This document shows, piece after piece, positions 16,874-28,129 of a stretch of 32,000 bases of DNA. The stretch covers positions 599-32,598 of the forward strand of contig RGZA01000003.1 of assembly GCA_010031785.1 (NCBI GenBank), given 5' to 3'. The position numbers were made by a program, and so were the translations under genes. The notes under the pieces are model-generated. The model saw only the letters and a list, made by a program, of their open reading frames with translations, was not told the DNA's origin and searched no databases. The DNA is from Alphaproteobacteria bacterium. Lineage in GTDB: Bacteria > Pseudomonadota > Alphaproteobacteria > UBA9219 > RGZA01. The first letter of the stretch is position 1. Every line of letters begins with the position of its first letter.

Positions 16874-17179
16874 TTACCAGCTGGACTTAACGCAACCAGG
16901 AATTCTTCCCATGGATGCTAAGTCGCGAAATTTAATACGGCACAATTTGAACTTGCGGTAATAGGCGCGTGGACGACCTGTTAGTTCGCAGCGATTGTGA
17001 ACACGTGTGCGGCTTGAATTACGTGGCATTTGTGCCAGCTTCAAGGTTGCAGCAAAGCGTTCTTCGATTGGCAATTCACGGTTTCCGCAAATAGCCTTAA
17101 GTGCCTTACGCTTTACAGCGCTGCCCTTTACCATGCGTTCACGTTTTTTGTTCCGTTCAATAGCACTTGTCTTGGCCAT
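16874..17179 (-). CDS. rpsN: 30S ribosomal protein S14 (long, 101-aa form)
   Basis: [17 protein letters not shown]...[36 protein letters not shown]...KSSW is a canonical S14 sequence. Confidence 0.95.
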   Translation of the reverse strand: MAKTSAIERNKKRERMVKGSAVKRKALKAICGNRELPIEERFAATLKLAQMPRNSSRTRVHNRCELTGRPRAYYRKFKLCRIKFRDLASMGRIPGCVKSSW

Positions 17180-17197
17180 TCTTCTTACTCCTAAAGC

Positions 17198-17749
17198 TTA
17201 TTTCATAAATGGCATGGAGAAACCTTCGAGCAATGCTCGTGCTTCTTCATCGGTTTTTGCAGATGTCACGAACACAATGTCCATGCCACGAATTTCGCCC
17301 ATCTTGTCGTAATTGATTTCCGGGAAAACCAATTGTTCTTTCAGGCCCATGGCGTAGTTGCCATTGCCATCAAAGCTTTTCGTTGGAATACCACGGAAGT
17401 CGCGCACGCGCGGCAGTGCCATGTTAACCAACCGATCAAGAAATTCATACATGTGCGCACGGCGCAGCGTAACCTTGCAACCAATTGGCAATTTTGCACG
17501 CGTCTTGAAGGTCGCAATCGCTTTCTTTGCCTTGGTGACGATGGCGCGTTGACCCGCAATCAGGCTCAGTTCTTCTGCAGCTTGCGTGACTTTTTTATTG
17601 TCATTCACGCCTTCGCCAACACCCATATTGATTACGATTTTTTCAATGCGTGGCACTTCCATAACGTTTTCATATTTAAAACGTTCGATTAGCGCAGGAC
17701 GCACAACCTTTTCGTAATGTTCTTTTAGTCTTGCTTGAACCTTAGCCAT
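17198..17749 (-). CDS. rplE: 50S ribosomal protein L5
   Basis: [14 protein letters not shown]...[19 protein letters not shown]...[20 protein letters not shown] is a canonical L5 sequence. Confidence 0.95.
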   Translation of the reverse strand: MAKVQARLKEHYEKVVRPALIERFKYENVMEVPRIEKIVINMGVGEGVNDNKKVTQAAEELSLIAGQRAIVTKAKKAIATFKTRAKLPIGCKVTLRRAHMYEFLDRLVNMALPRVRDFRGIPTKSFDGNGNYAMGLKEQLVFPEINYDKMGEIRGMDIVFVTSAKTDEEARALLEGFSMPFMK

Positions 17750-17775
17750 AACCTAACTCCTACTTATACTCTCAG

Positions 17776-18096
17776 TTAAACCCGGCGAATTTCTTCGCCA
17801 GATTTTTTAGCAACCAATGCTTTTTCGCCATTACCCAATTGCTTCACGCCTGTGCGTGTTGCCTTACCGGTCTTTGGATCAACATGCGCAACATTCGAAA
17901 TGTGAATGGATGCTTCCTTACGCACCAGACCACCAGCGCTTTGTGCGCTTGCCTTGGTGTGACGGGTAATCATGTTCACGCCAGAAACGAGAACACGGTT
18001 TTCCTTCAGGATCACCTTTAATACTTCACCGGTCTTGCCCTTGTCTTTGCCAGCAAGAATAATGACTTTATCGTTTTTCTTAATCTTCTGTTTCAT
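17776..18096 (-). CDS. rplX: 50S ribosomal protein L24
   Basis: IKKNDKVIILAGKDKGKTGEVLKV (KOW motif)...SNVAHVDPKTGKATR. Confidence 0.95.
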   Translation of the reverse strand: MKQKIKKNDKVIILAGKDKGKTGEVLKVILKENRVLVSGVNMITRHTKASAQSAGGLVRKEASIHISNVAHVDPKTGKATRTGVKQLGNGEKALVAKKSGEEIRRV

Positions 18097-18098
18097 GA

Positions 18099-18467
18099 TT
18101 ACAGAACCTCTCCAGCCAACGAAATAATCTTCATGAAGCCGAGCGCGCGAAGTTCGCGAACAACGGGTCCAAAGATACGGGTGCCAATCGGTTCACGATC
18201 TTTGTTGATCAGAACCGCAGCATTGCGATCAAAGCGGATGGTCGAACCATCATCGCGCTTTACATCATACTTGGTGCGAACGATGACAGCCTTGTGTACA
18301 TCGCCTTTTTTAACACGACCACGAGGGATGGCATCCTTGATGGATACGACAATCACGTCGCCCACGGAGGCTACTTTGCGCTTGGAACCGCCCAGCACTT
18401 TAATGCACATCACCTTCTTTGCGCCGCTGTTATCAGCAACTTCCAGGGTTGATTCTTGTTGTATCAT
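18099..18467 (-). CDS. rplN: 50S ribosomal protein L14
   Basis: [30 protein letters not shown]...[12 protein letters not shown] is a canonical L14 sequence. Confidence 0.95.
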   Translation of the reverse strand: MIQQESTLEVADNSGAKKVMCIKVLGGSKRKVASVGDVIVVSIKDAIPRGRVKKGDVHKAVIVRTKYDVKRDDGSTIRFDRNAAVLINKDREPIGTRIFGPVVRELRALGFMKIISLAGEVL

Positions 18468-18489
18468 TGCCTTATTCCCTAACTAGTTC

Positions 18490-18807
18490 TTACTTTGCTT
18501 TCGCAACTTTTTTCTTGGCTTCTTTTTTCACTGGTGCCTTCACCGCTTTTTCGACTGGCTTGGCCGTGCCGATTTCAGCGCCGCCTACCAACATCCACTT
18601 CTTACGCTTGGAAATCGGACGGCATTCAATGATGTCTACCGTTTGGCCAAGCTTAGCTTGTTTGGTTTCGTCATGCGCCAGATATTTCTTCGAGTTCTTT
18701 ACGAACTTCTTGTAAATCGGGTGCATAATGCGGCGTTCAACGAGAACGGTAATGGTCTTGTCTGCTTTATCGCTAACAACAACCCCTTGTAAAATACGAC
18801 GTGGCAT
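18490..18807 (-). CDS. rpsQ: 30S ribosomal protein S17 (Lys/Ala-rich C-terminal tail)
   Basis: [42 protein letters not shown]...[13 protein letters not shown] is the S17 core. It is extended by about 25 aa ([23 protein letters not shown]). Confidence 0.95.
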   Translation of the reverse strand: MPRRILQGVVVSDKADKTITVLVERRIMHPIYKKFVKNSKKYLAHDETKQAKLGQTVDIIECRPISKRKKWMLVGGAEIGTAKPVEKAVKAPVKKEAKKKVAKAK

Positions 18808-18818
18808 TAGGCTACTCC

Positions 18819-19049
18819 TTACCCTTTAGCTTTGTTTTTTTGTGCGCCTTTTTCTGCGCAGCGCTGGTTTTGAATAGTCAAAACCTTTGCAATTTCTTTC
18901 TTCACATGGCCAGAGCGTGCAGGCTTTGCCAATTGACCCGTGCTTTTTTGAAAGCGCAGATTGAATTGTTCCTTGCGCAGTACGCCAAGCTGTTCTTTCA
19001 GCTCATCGTCTGACTTCGTTCTGATGTCGCTTGCCTTTGTTAAACCCAT
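18819..19049 (-). CDS. rpmC: 50S ribosomal protein L29
   Basis: Start moved to ATG 19049 (GGGAGTAAGGA upstream) rather than the track's TTG at 19064. [28 protein letters not shown] is the L29 core. Confidence 0.9.
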   Translation of the reverse strand: MGLTKASDIRTKSDDELKEQLGVLRKEQFNLRFQKSTGQLAKPARSGHVKKEIAKVLTIQNQRCAEKGAQKNKAKG

Positions 19050-19085
19050 AATCCTTACTCCCAAAAAATCCTATGCACAAATCTC

Positions 19086-19499
19086 TTATGCGCCGATACG
19101 CGAAACCATCTTGGTCTTGATCGGCAATTTTGCTGATGCAAGTTCAAATGCTTCCTTGGCGATTTGTGCGCTAACGCCATCAATTTCAAACATGATGCGG
19201 CCAGCGTGAACACGCATTACCCAAAATTCCGGGGTACCCTTACCGGAACCCATACGAACTTCAGCAGGCTTGCGTGATACTGGAACATCCGGAAACATGC
19301 GGATCCATACACGACCCTGACGCTTCATGTGACGTGCAATCGCGCGACGCGCTGCTTCAATCTGGCGCGCAGTAATACGTTCTGGTTCCATGGCCTTTAA
19401 ACCAAACGAACCAAATGCCAGTGTGAAACCAGCTTTTGCTGCGCCGTGAATACGACCTTTATGTCCCTTGCGGTACTTTGTTTTCTTTGGCTGTAACAT
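19086..19499 (-). CDS. rplP: 50S ribosomal protein L16
   Basis: [19 protein letters not shown]...[47 protein letters not shown] is a canonical L16 sequence. Confidence 0.95.
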   Translation of the reverse strand: MLQPKKTKYRKGHKGRIHGAAKAGFTLAFGSFGLKAMEPERITARQIEAARRAIARHMKRQGRVWIRMFPDVPVSRKPAEVRMGSGKGTPEFWVMRVHAGRIMFEIDGVSAQIAKEAFELASAKLPIKTKMVSRIGA

Positions 19500-19559
19500 T
19501 TTCTTATCCTTGGGTTTTAACCCTTACATTATTATTCCGATCATGCTCCCATATTTTAA

Positions 19560-19594
19560 CCACATCGATCGATGTGGCGGCGGCTTATGCCGCC
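19560..19594. repeat. two adjacent GC-rich palindromes in the rpsC-rplP spacer
   Basis: An 18-bp perfect palindrome ccacatcgatcgatgtgg (19560-19577). Immediately after it comes the hairpin ggcggc-ttat-gccgcc (19579-19594). Confidence 0.8.
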
Positions 19595-19604
19595 AAATAA
19601 AATA

Positions 19605-20285
19605 TTAAGTGCGTGATGCAGATCCTTCCAATTGACGACGTTCAACTGCACCTGGATCGTGATCCAGAATTTCGCCCTTGAAAATCCAAACTTTTACGCC
19701 GCATGCGCCATAGGTGGTTTGCGCAGTTGCAACACCGTAATCCACGTCAGCACGCAATGTGTGCAACGGAACACGTCCTTCACGGTACCATTCCATACGT
19801 GCAATTTCAGCGCCGCCCAGACGGCCACCGCAATTGATACGAATACCAAGTGCACCCAAACGCATTGCAGTTTGCACTGCACGCTTCATCGCACGACGGA
19901 AAGCCACGCGGCGTTCCAGCTGTTGCGCAATGTTTTCTGCTACAAGGGTTGAATCCAGTTCAGGCTTGCGAATTTCAACAATGTTTAAGCTCACTTCCGA
20001 AGCGGTCATTTTACCAATGTCTGCCTTCAGCTTTTCAATATCTGCGCCTTTTTTACCGATCACAACACCAGGGCGAGCCGAGTGAATGGTCACGCGCGCT
20101 TTCTTTGCCGGGCGTTCAATCACAACGCGCGCAACACCTGCTTGCTTCAATTTTTCGGTGAGGTATTCACGGATTTTGAAATCCTCGTGAAGAAGACCAC
20201 CATATTCCTTACCTGCAAACCAACGGCTATCCCATGTACGGATAATGCCTAAACGCAGACCTACTGGATTAACTTTCTGACCCAT
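19605..20285 (-). CDS. rpsC: 30S ribosomal protein S3
   Basis: [24 protein letters not shown]...KH domain...[31 protein letters not shown] is a canonical S3 sequence. Confidence 0.95.
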   Translation of the reverse strand: MGQKVNPVGLRLGIIRTWDSRWFAGKEYGGLLHEDFKIREYLTEKLKQAGVARVVIERPAKKARVTIHSARPGVVIGKKGADIEKLKADIGKMTASEVSLNIVEIRKPELDSTLVAENIAQQLERRVAFRRAMKRAVQTAMRLGALGIRINCGGRLGGAEIARMEWYREGRVPLHTLRADVDYGVATAQTTYGACGVKVWIFKGEILDHDPGAVERRQLEGSASRT

Positions 20286-20287
20286 CG

Positions 20288-20770
20288 TTACCCCTGCTCT
20301 TTTTTAGATGCTGACTTTTTAGCTTTTGGCGCAGATGCTTTTGCTTCTGTCGCAGTTTTCGCTGAAAGTTTTTTGTTGGTTGGCTTAACTTTTTTAATTT
20401 CTTCTACTTCACGTACCACGATGCGCAAATTGCTGTATGGCTTTTCAATGCCGGTACCTTTGCCGCGTGCGCGTGCATGGAAACGCTTTAGTACAAATGC
20501 GCGGCCAACGGTTGCTTCCACAACAACCAGACGATCCACATCGAGCTGATGGTTGTTTTCTGCATTGGCAATCGCGGATTGCAATACCTTGTAAACTTCT
20601 TTTGAAATGCGACGTTCATTGAACGCCAGCATGGTAAGTGCCGCTGATGCTTTCTTGCCACGGATCATTTGTGCAACAAGATTAAGCTTACGCGCGCCAG
20701 AGCGAACGGAGCGGGCAACTGCCATCGCTTCATTATCCGCTACTGGTCTTGGGTTTGCTGACTTACTCAT
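20288..20770 (-). CDS. rplV: 50S ribosomal protein L22 (long Lys/Ala-rich C-terminal tail)
   Basis: [22 protein letters not shown]...[19 protein letters not shown]...[24 protein letters not shown] is the L22 core. The protein is 160 aa against the usual ~110-130. Confidence 0.95.
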   Translation of the reverse strand: MSKSANPRPVADNEAMAVARSVRSGARKLNLVAQMIRGKKASAALTMLAFNERRISKEVYKVLQSAIANAENNHQLDVDRLVVVEATVGRAFVLKRFHARARGKGTGIEKPYSNLRIVVREVEEIKKVKPTNKKLSAKTATEAKASAPKAKKSASKKEQG

Positions 20771-20781
20771 TCTTCAACCTC

Positions 20782-21063
20782 TTACTTTTCTTCTGTCTTT
20801 TTCTCAGTGCCGCCATGGGCAACGAAAATACGGGTAGGTGCAAATTCACCAAACTTATGACCAATCATATGTTCGGTAACCGACACAGGAATAAATTTGT
20901 GACCATTGTAAACACCAAAGGTCAGGCCAACAAACTGTGGCAAAATAGTTGAACGACGTGACCAGGTCTTGATGATTTCATGACGACCGGAAGCGCGGGC
21001 TTTATCCGCCTTCTTCAACATGTACCCATCAACAAACGGGCCTTTCCAAACTGAACGTGCCAT
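20782..21063 (-). CDS. rpsS: 30S ribosomal protein S19
   Basis: [18 protein letters not shown]...[28 protein letters not shown]...[13 protein letters not shown] is a canonical S19 sequence. Confidence 0.95.
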   Translation of the reverse strand: MARSVWKGPFVDGYMLKKADKARASGRHEIIKTWSRRSTILPQFVGLTFGVYNGHKFIPVSVTEHMIGHKFGEFAPTRIFVAHGGTEKKTEEK

Positions 21064-21074
21064 CTTAGCTCCTA

Positions 21075-21911
21075 TTATCCCTTATTACGTTTCTTGCGAC
21101 CCTGCACAATCATGTGGCTTGTGCGCTTGTTCTTGCGTGTCTTGGTACCCTTGGTGCCCTTACCCCATGGCGTCACCGGATGGCGACCACCAGATGTACG
21201 GCCTTCACCACCACCATGCGGATGGTCGATCGGGTTCATCGCAACGCCGCGAACGGTTGGGCGCGTGCCCTTCCAGCGGTTACGGCCAGCTTTACCAAGT
21301 GAAATATTGAAATGATCAGGATTTGAAACTGCGCCAACCGTTGCCATGCAATCCTCTGGAACGAGACGAACTTCACCCGAAGTGATCTTGATTTGTGCCT
21401 TGCCATTATCACGGCCAACGAGCTGCGCATACGCACCTGCTGAACGAGCGATCTGACCACCCTTGCCCACACGCATTTCAACGTTATGGATGATGGTGCC
21501 AACGGGCATGTTCTTAAGTGGCATTGCATTGCCTGGCTTCACGTCAACACGCGCGCCGGAAACAACGGTATCACCAACTTTTAAACGTTGTGGTGCAAGA
21601 ATATAAGAAACGCGGCCATCGGTGTATTTGATGAGTGCGATGAATGCGGTACGACCTGGATCATATTCCAGACGCTCCACCGTTGCTGGAACATCATGCG
21701 TTGTGCGCTTGAAATCAACCAGACGGTAAAGCTTCTTGTGACCACCACCAATGTGACGCGTGGTGATACGGCCTTTATTGTTACGGCCACCGGTTTTACG
21801 AATGCCTTCGGTCAATGACTTAACAGGGCCACCCTTCCACAATTCGGAACGGTCAATCTGCACCAATTGACGGGTGCTGGGCGTAACGGGGTTATAGGTC
21901 TTTAATGCCAT
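21075..21911 (-). CDS. rplB: 50S ribosomal protein L2
   Basis: [26 protein letters not shown]...[31 protein letters not shown] is a canonical L2 sequence. Confidence 0.95.
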   Translation of the reverse strand: MALKTYNPVTPSTRQLVQIDRSELWKGGPVKSLTEGIRKTGGRNNKGRITTRHIGGGHKKLYRLVDFKRTTHDVPATVERLEYDPGRTAFIALIKYTDGRVSYILAPQRLKVGDTVVSGARVDVKPGNAMPLKNMPVGTIIHNVEMRVGKGGQIARSAGAYAQLVGRDNGKAQIKITSGEVRLVPEDCMATVGAVSNPDHFNISLGKAGRNRWKGTRPTVRGVAMNPIDHPHGGGEGRTSGGRHPVTPWGKGTKGTKTRKNKRTSHMIVQGRKKRNKG

Positions 21912-21928
21912 GGTTTACTCCAACCTTC

Positions 21929-22279
21929 TTAGATACCGGTAGCAACGTCGATGCTTTGACCTTCAGCAAGCGTGACATAAGCCAGCTTGATATCAGGACG
22001 CAGACCAGGACGGCCTTTGAAATTCTTTGTTTTGCCTTTGCGGATTTGCGTATTAACTGCAACCACTTTTACCTTGAACAGAACTTCAACCGCGCCGCGA
22101 ATTTGTGGCTTGGTTGCATCGCCATGTACTTGGAACACAACTTGATTGTGCGCAGAAACCGCAGTGGTTTTTTCGCTCATGATCGGGCGGATGATGGTGT
22201 TATAATCACATGCCGTTGGAGCTTTTTTAGCTTCTACTGCTTTTTTTGTTTTCGCCGATTTTTGATTTACTGGGCTCAT
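21929..22279 (-). CDS. rplW: 50S ribosomal protein L23 (Lys/Ala-rich N-terminal extension)
   Basis: [14 protein letters not shown]...[31 protein letters not shown] is the L23 core. The ATGA overlap with the rplD stop supports the long start. Confidence 0.9.
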   Translation of the reverse strand: MSPVNQKSAKTKKAVEAKKAPTACDYNTIIRPIMSEKTTAVSAHNQVVFQVHGDATKPQIRGAVEVLFKVKVVAVNTQIRKGKTKNFKGRPGLRPDIKLAYVTLAEGQSIDVATGI

Positions 22280-22899
22280 TTGAGGCGCTCCGTCAATTGT
22301 TCAACTGCGTTCTTGGTAAGAACCAACGTATCGCGGCGGATAATGTCATACACATTCGCGCCTTGTTCTGGCAGCACATCCACATGCTTGATGTTGCGCA
22401 CCGAAAGAGCGAAGTTTTTATCAAGATTTGCACCATCAATGATCAATACCGAGTCATTGGCGCCCAAACCCTTAAGGGCGGTTGCCATTGCCTTGGTCTT
22501 GATGCCATCAGCCTTTGCAGTATCGATGACGATCAACTTGCCTTCAGCTTGCTTGGCTGACAATGCAACGCGCAATGCTTGTGCACGAACTTTCTTTGGC
22601 AGATCATATTCGTGTGAGCGAACAACCGGTCCAAAAATTACAGCCCCCTTGCGGAATTGCGGTGAACGCAAGCTACCTTGACGTGCACGGCCAGTACCCT
22701 TTTGAGCCCATGGCTTCTTGGTCGTACCGCTGATATCCGAGATACCTTTGGTTTTGTGATTACCCGAGCGACGCTTGGAAAGCTGCCAGTGAATGGCGCG
22801 CGCCAATAAATCCTGACGAACATCACAGCCAAATACATCTTGCTGCAATTCAATTTCGCCAACGACTTTGTTTTGTAAGTTTTTAATTGGGAGCTTCAT
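22276..22899 (-). CDS. rplD: 50S ribosomal protein L4
   Basis: [44 protein letters not shown] is a canonical L4 block. Confidence 0.95.
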   Translation of the reverse strand: MKLPIKNLQNKVVGEIELQQDVFGCDVRQDLLARAIHWQLSKRRSGNHKTKGISDISGTTKKPWAQKGTGRARQGSLRSPQFRKGAVIFGPVVRSHEYDLPKKVRAQALRVALSAKQAEGKLIVIDTAKADGIKTKAMATALKGLGANDSVLIIDGANLDKNFALSVRNIKHVDVLPEQGANVYDIIRRDTLVLTKNAVEQLTERLK

Positions 22900-22902
22900 G
22901 GC

Positions 22903-23649
22903 TTATTCCTTATTTTCTTCAGCAGGTGCTGCATCAGCGGGAGCAGCTTCTGCTTCCTTTTCAGTCTTTGCAGAACTTTGCAATAAACCTGCTGGCTTTG
23001 GTGCATCCTTTGGCAGAACGCGCTTTACAGCATCGCGAACCATTACAAACGAACCTTCTGAACCTGGAACCGAACCGCTTACGAACAACAAGCCTTCTTC
23101 TGCATCAACCTGAACGATGGAAAGATTTGGGATCGTTGCGCGAACCTGACCCATGTGACCGGCCATTTTCTTATTTTTGAAAACGCGACCTGGATCCTGA
23201 CGGTTACCGGTTGAACCATGCGCACGGTGAGTAATCGACACACCATGTGATGCTGGCATACCAGCAAAATTGTGGCGCTTCATAACACCCTGGAAGCCCT
23301 TACCGATCGTGGTGCCGGTAACATCAACGAATTGACCTGGCACAAAATGTTCTGCGCTGATTTCTGCGCCGACTTCCAGAACTGCATCCTTGGATACACG
23401 GAATTCAACGAGCTTGCGCTTTGGCAACACATTTGCTTTTGCAAAATGGCCGCGCGATGCCTTGGTAGCACGGCTTGCCTTTACATCATCAAAACCCATT
23501 TGTACGGCAGTATAACCGTTCTTTTCTTCTGAGCGAACAGCAACAACTTGATTGCCCTTCATCAACAAAACGGTAACAGCGATATGCTGGCCTTTGGTAT
23601 CAAAGACCTTCGTCATACCCAGTTTTTTTGCAACAATACCTGTTCTCAT
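22903..23649 (-). CDS. rplC: 50S ribosomal protein L3 (acidic/Ala-rich C-terminal tail)
   Basis: Start set at the third Met (ATG 23649, AGGAG 6 nt upstream), giving [32 protein letters not shown]...[27 protein letters not shown] follows. Confidence 0.9.
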   Translation of the reverse strand: MRTGIVAKKLGMTKVFDTKGQHIAVTVLLMKGNQVVAVRSEEKNGYTAVQMGFDDVKASRATKASRGHFAKANVLPKRKLVEFRVSKDAVLEVGAEISAEHFVPGQFVDVTGTTIGKGFQGVMKRHNFAGMPASHGVSITHRAHGSTGNRQDPGRVFKNKKMAGHMGQVRATIPNLSIVQVDAEEGLLFVSGSVPGSEGSFVMVRDAVKRVLPKDAPKPAGLLQSSAKTEKEAEAAPADAAPAEENKE

Positions 23650-23658
23650 CATCAACTC

Positions 23659-23979
23659 CTACGCTGCGCCCTGCAGCTTGATTTCAACATCAACGCCTGC
23701 GGCCAGATCGAGCTTCATCAGCGCATCAATGGTTTGTGGCGTTGCTTCAAGAATATCGAGCAAGCGTTTATGGGTACGAATTTCAAACTGTTCACGTGAT
23801 TTCTTATCAACGTGTGGGCCACGGTTTACAGTGAAACGTTCAAAACGTGTTGGCAAAGGAATGGGTCCGCGTACGCGGGCGCCGGTTCTTTTTGCCGTGT
23901 TGACGATTTCGCTCACTGACGTATCAAGTACGCGGTGGTCAAATGCCTTAAGGCGGATACGGATAACTTGCGCTTCCAT
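23659..23979 (-). CDS. rpsJ: 30S ribosomal protein S10
   Basis: [39 protein letters not shown]...[24 protein letters not shown] is a canonical S10 sequence. Confidence 0.95.
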   Translation of the reverse strand: MEAQVIRIRLKAFDHRVLDTSVSEIVNTAKRTGARVRGPIPLPTRFERFTVNRGPHVDKKSREQFEIRTHKRLLDILEATPQTIDALMKLDLAAGVDVEIKLQGAA

Positions 23980-24111
23980 GAGAATCGCTTTCTTCTTTTT
24001 TTCCTGCTCCTTGGTCTTTGAGCTTTTCGTTTATGCAGTCATTGCAAAAAATCAAAAAGCAAATAGCCAAAAAGACTTTCCATTTGACAGACTTTCCGGA
24101 CAATCCCAAGA

Positions 24112-25299
24112 TTACTCAATAATCTTAGCAACAACGCCTGCACCTACGGTGCGGCCACCTTCACGAATAGCAAAGCGCAGACCTTCATCCATAGCGATTG
24201 GGGAGATAAGCTTCACTTCAATCGCGATGTTGTCGCCTGGCATTACCATTTCCGTACCGGCTGGCAGAATAACTTCGCCAGTAACGTCGGTGGTACGGAA
24301 GTAGAATTGTGGACGGTAGTCGTTGAAGAATGGCGTATGACGGCCACCTTCTTCCTTGGTCAGAACGTAGATTTCTGCCTTGAACTTGGTGTGTGGGGTG
24401 ATGGTGCCTGGCTTAGCCAATACTTGGCCGCGCTCAACATCTTCACGCTTGGTACCACGGAGCAATGCACCGATGTTGTCGCCTGCTTCGCCTTGATCCA
24501 AAAGCTTGCGGAACATTTCAACGCCCGTAACGATGGTTTTTTGGGTTGGGCGAATACCAACGATTTCGATTTCTTCGCCAACTTTAACAATACCACGTTC
24601 AACGCGTCCGGTAACAACCGTACCACGGCCAGAGATCGAGAACACGTCTTCGATTGGCATCAGGAATGGCTTGTCAACTTCACGCTTTGGTTGTGGGATG
24701 TAGCTATCAACAGCTTCCATCAGCTTGATAATAGCTTGTTCGCCGATTTCTGGTTGCTTGTCTTCAAGCGCGCAAACAGCAGAACCCTTGATGATGGGGA
24801 TTTCATCGCCTGGGAACTTGTAGGATTTCAGCAAATCGCGGATTTCCATTTCTACCAGTTCAACCAGATCCTTATCAGCAAGATCCATCTTGTTCATGAA
24901 TACCACAATCGCAGGAACACCTACTTGGCGAGCAAGCAGAATGTGTTCGCGGGTTTGTGGCATTGGGCCGTCAGCAGCTGAAACAACGAGAATCGCGCCA
25001 TCCATCTGAGCCGCACCGGTGATCATGTTCTTCACATAATCGGCGTGGCCTGGGCAATCAACGTGTGCGTAGTGGCGGTTTGCGGTTTGGTATTCAACGT
25101 GTGCGGTTGAAATCGTAATACCACGTGCGCGTTCTTCAGGTGCTTTATCGATCATGTCGTAAGCAGTGAAGGTTGCGCCGCCGGACTTGGCGAGAACCTT
25201 GGTAATCGCAGCAGTCAATGATGTTTTGCCATGATCAACGTGACCGATGGTGCCGATGTTGCAGTGCGGCTTACTGCGATCAAACTTTTCTTTTGCCAT
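24112..25299 (-). CDS. tuf: elongation factor Tu
   Basis: 395 aa. [23 protein letters not shown] and NKMD GTPase motifs. Canonical EF-Tu along the full length. Confidence 0.98.
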   Translation of the reverse strand: MAKEKFDRSKPHCNIGTIGHVDHGKTSLTAAITKVLAKSGGATFTAYDMIDKAPEERARGITISTAHVEYQTANRHYAHVDCPGHADYVKNMITGAAQMDGAILVVSAADGPMPQTREHILLARQVGVPAIVVFMNKMDLADKDLVELVEMEIRDLLKSYKFPGDEIPIIKGSAVCALEDKQPEIGEQAIIKLMEAVDSYIPQPKREVDKPFLMPIEDVFSISGRGTVVTGRVERGIVKVGEEIEIVGIRPTQKTIVTGVEMFRKLLDQGEAGDNIGALLRGTKREDVERGQVLAKPGTITPHTKFKAEIYVLTKEEGGRHTPFFNDYRPQFYFRTTDVTGEVILPAGTEMVMPGDNIAIEVKLISPIAMDEGLRFAIREGGRTVGAGVVAKIIE

Positions 25300-25345
25300 T
25301 TTTCTCTCCGTTTATTTTACGACGTTTAATTAAAACCTAATCTAC

Positions 25346-27424
25346 TTAACTGGCTAACTTAGCTTTCACTTCATCAGCGACATTCTGTGGAACCCGATCA
25401 TAATGATGGAACTCCATCGAATAACTTGCACGACCCTGCGACATGGAGCGCAGCGTGTTAACATAACCGAACATGGCGGCGAGCGGCACGGATGCTTCGA
25501 TCACGCGCGCATTACCGCGTTGATCCATTCCAAGCACCTGACCACGACGGCTGTTTAAATCGCCGATCACGTCGCCCATGTAATCTTCTGGGGTTACTAC
25601 TTCAACTTTCATGATTGGCTCTAGCAATACTGGGCCGGCCTTTTGCATACCCTCACGGAATGCTGCACGTGCAGCGATTTCGAATGCGAGCGCGGACGAA
25701 TCCACGTCATGGTATGCACCATCAATAAGCGTGATCTTGAAATCGATCGATGGGAAGCCAGCGATAACGCCGGTGTTCTTTGCTGATTCCAGACCCTTTT
25801 CAACGCCCGGGATGTATTCTTTTGGAACTGCACCGCCCTTAAGGTTGGTTGCGAATTCAAAACCCGTACCTGGTTCCAATGGTTCGAATTCCATGATGAC
25901 GCGGGCAAATTGACCCGTACCACCGGATTGCTTTTTATGAGTGTAATCCACCGTTGTTTTTTTGCTGATGGTTTCGCGGTAGGCAACTTGCGGTGCGCCA
26001 ACGGTTGCATCAACCTTGTAGGTACGGCGAAGAATATCGACCTTAATTTCAAGATGAAGCTCGCCCATACCCTTAAGAATGGTTTGGCCGGTTTCTTGGT
26101 CAGAGGTAACGCGGAATGATGGATCTTCTTGTGCAAGACGAGCAAGGGCAACGCCCATTTTTTCTTGGTCAGCCTTGGTCTTTGGCTCAATCGCAACTTC
26201 GATAACCGGATCGGGGAATACCATGCGTTCCAGAATAATTGGCTTTGCTTCATCGCAAAGTGTTTCACCAGTTGTGGTTTCTTTAAGCGCTGTCAAAGCA
26301 ACGATGTCACCCGCATAGGCTTCCTTGATTTCTTCGCGTGTATTAGCATGCATGAGCAACATGCGGCCAATACGTTCGCGCTTATCTTTAATGGTGTTTT
26401 GAACATAGGAACCTGATTCCAGCTTACCGGAGTAAACGCGGAAGAAGGTCAATGAACCCACGAATGGATCAGTCATAATCTTGAATGCTAAACCGCTGAA
26501 TGGTTCAGCATCGGAAGCATTACGGGTCATTTCTTCGCCTGTATCAGGATGCACACCCTTCACCGCTGGAATGTCGAGTGGTGAAGGAAGATAATCAACC
26601 ACTGCGTCTAACATTGGCTGAACGCCCTTGTTCTTAAATGCAGAGCCGCACAATACAGGTACAAATTTACGGCTGATGCAACCCTTGCGGATGCACATCT
26701 TTAATGTCGCAAGGTCTGGTTCTTGACCATTCAGATAGGCTTCCATCGCCTTATCATCCATTTCAACAGCCATATCGAGCATCTTGGCGCGGTATTCCGC
26801 AGCCTTTTCTTTAAGATCAGCTGGAATGTCGGTTTCAAAGAATTCTGCGCCTAGGGCCTCGTCTTTCCAAACAACAGCCTTCATCTTCAAAAGATCAATG
26901 ATACCTTTGTGCTCAGCTTCGGTACCGATTGGCAACTGGGTTACCAATGGGTTTGCGCCAAGGCGGTCGATCATCATCTCAACGGTGCGGTAGAAATTCG
27001 CACCAGTGCGATCCATCTTATTGACGAATGCAATACGTGGAACATTATACTTATCAGCTTGACGCCATACGGTTTCGGATTGTGGCTCAACGCCAGCAAC
27101 CGAGTCATACACAGCAATCGCGCCATCAAGTACGCGAAGTGAGCGCTCAACTTCGATGGTGAAATCCACGTGGCCGGGGGTATCAATAATATTGAGACGG
27201 TGACCGTTCCAGAAGCAGGTGGTCGCAGCAGATGTAATGGTAATACCGCGTTCTTGTTCTTGTTCCATCCAATCCATCGTCGCAGCGCCATCATGCACTT
27301 CGCCAATTTTGTGGGATTTACCGGTATAGTACAAAATACGTTCAGTGGTCGTCGTTTTACCAGCATCGATGTGAGCCATGATGCCGAAATTGCGGTATTT
27401 TTCGAGAGGGTACTGACGGGCCAT
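25346..27424 (-). CDS. fusA: elongation factor G
   Basis: 692 aa. [20 protein letters not shown] and NKMD motifs. Canonical EF-G domains I-V. Confidence 0.98.
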   Translation of the reverse strand: MARQYPLEKYRNFGIMAHIDAGKTTTTERILYYTGKSHKIGEVHDGAATMDWMEQEQERGITITSAATTCFWNGHRLNIIDTPGHVDFTIEVERSLRVLDGAIAVYDSVAGVEPQSETVWRQADKYNVPRIAFVNKMDRTGANFYRTVEMMIDRLGANPLVTQLPIGTEAEHKGIIDLLKMKAVVWKDEALGAEFFETDIPADLKEKAAEYRAKMLDMAVEMDDKAMEAYLNGQEPDLATLKMCIRKGCISRKFVPVLCGSAFKNKGVQPMLDAVVDYLPSPLDIPAVKGVHPDTGEEMTRNASDAEPFSGLAFKIMTDPFVGSLTFFRVYSGKLESGSYVQNTIKDKRERIGRMLLMHANTREEIKEAYAGDIVALTALKETTTGETLCDEAKPIILERMVFPDPVIEVAIEPKTKADQEKMGVALARLAQEDPSFRVTSDQETGQTILKGMGELHLEIKVDILRRTYKVDATVGAPQVAYRETISKKTTVDYTHKKQSGGTGQFARVIMEFEPLEPGTGFEFATNLKGGAVPKEYIPGVEKGLESAKNTGVIAGFPSIDFKITLIDGAYHDVDSSALAFEIAARAAFREGMQKAGPVLLEPIMKVEVVTPEDYMGDVIGDLNSRRGQVLGMDQRGNARVIEASVPLAAMFGYVNTLRSMSQGRASYSMEFHHYDRVPQNVADEVKAKLAS

Positions 27425-27473
27425 AACGGATTTTCCTAAATCTTAGAACAACAGAGAATTACCAGCGCAACTA

Positions 27474-27738
27474 TTACCAACGATAATGAGCAAATGCCTT
27501 ATTCGCATCTGCCATACGATGGGTGTCTTCGCGCTTCTTGATCGCAGCGCCGCGATTATTGATTGCATCCATGATTTCACCAGCAAGGCGATCGATCATG
27601 GTTTTTTCATTACGTGAACGTGCTGCATTGATCATCCAGCGCATTGCAAGTGCAAGGCCGCGATTTGCCAAGGACAAGATCACCGAACTTTGGATCGGGG
27701 AGAATTTCGCGTTTTTCTGCTCTATGACGACGTGACAT
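27474..27738 (-). pseudogene. rpsG: 30S ribosomal protein S7 remnant with an internal ~200-bp deletion and frame disruption
   Basis: ATG 27738 (AAGGA upstream) gives [23 protein letters not shown], then non-S7 residues and a stop at 27610-27612. The S7 C-terminus [62 protein letters not shown] (track ORF 27474-27683) is in a different frame. Only 265 bp is present where about 470 bp is expected. Confidence 0.8.
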
Positions 27739-27757
27739 GCTTTAATTCCTTTTAAGA

Positions 27758-28129
27758 TTATTTCGGACGCTTCGCGCCATACTTTGAACGGCGCTGCTTG
27801 CGGTCTTTTACGCCTTGGGTATCAAGGGTACCGCGAATGATGTGGTAACGAACGCCTGGCAAATCCTTCACACGACCGCCACGGATCATCACAACACTAT
27901 GCTCTTGAAGATTGTGCTTTTCACCAGGAATGTAGCTGATGACTTCAAAGCCATTGGTCAGGCGCACACGAGCAACCTTACGCAAAGCAGAGTTTGGCTT
28001 CTTTGGCGTGGTTGTGTAAACGCGGGTGCATACACCGCGACGTTGTGGCGATTCCTGCAAGGCTGGAACCTTGTCACGGGTCTTCTTTAAGCCGCGTTGC
28101 TTGCGGATAAGCTGGTTAATTGTTGGCAT
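27758..28129 (-). CDS. rpsL: 30S ribosomal protein S12
   Basis: [13 protein letters not shown]...[63 protein letters not shown] is a canonical S12 sequence. Confidence 0.98.
   Translation of the reverse strand: MPTINQLIRKQRGLKKTRDKVPALQESPQRRGVCTRVYTTTPKKPNSALRKVARVRLTNGFEVISYIPGEKHNLQEHSVVMIRGGRVKDLPGVRYHIIRGTLDTQGVKDRKQRRSKYGAKRPK

Noticed and set aside
21905-22681. 258-aa plus-strand ORF across rplW/rplD, and similar long ORFs at 23552-24304 (+), 24307-24981 (+), 25621-26268 (-, off-frame), 15014-15469 (+) and 17333-17692 (+)
   Set aside because: All are antisense or out of frame relative to unmistakable ribosomal protein, EF-Tu or EF-G genes. None has a recognisable motif or start context.
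23980-24111. S10-operon promoter or L4-type leader in the tuf-rpsJ spacer
   Set aside because: There is a 9-bp direct repeat (agactttcc at 24073-24081 and 24089-24097). I could not find a convincing -35/-10 pair or a leader hairpin on the minus strand, so no feature was called.
27523-27735. 70-aa plus-strand ORF opposite the rpsG remnant
   Set aside because: It is antisense to recognisable S7 coding sequence and has no supporting signals.
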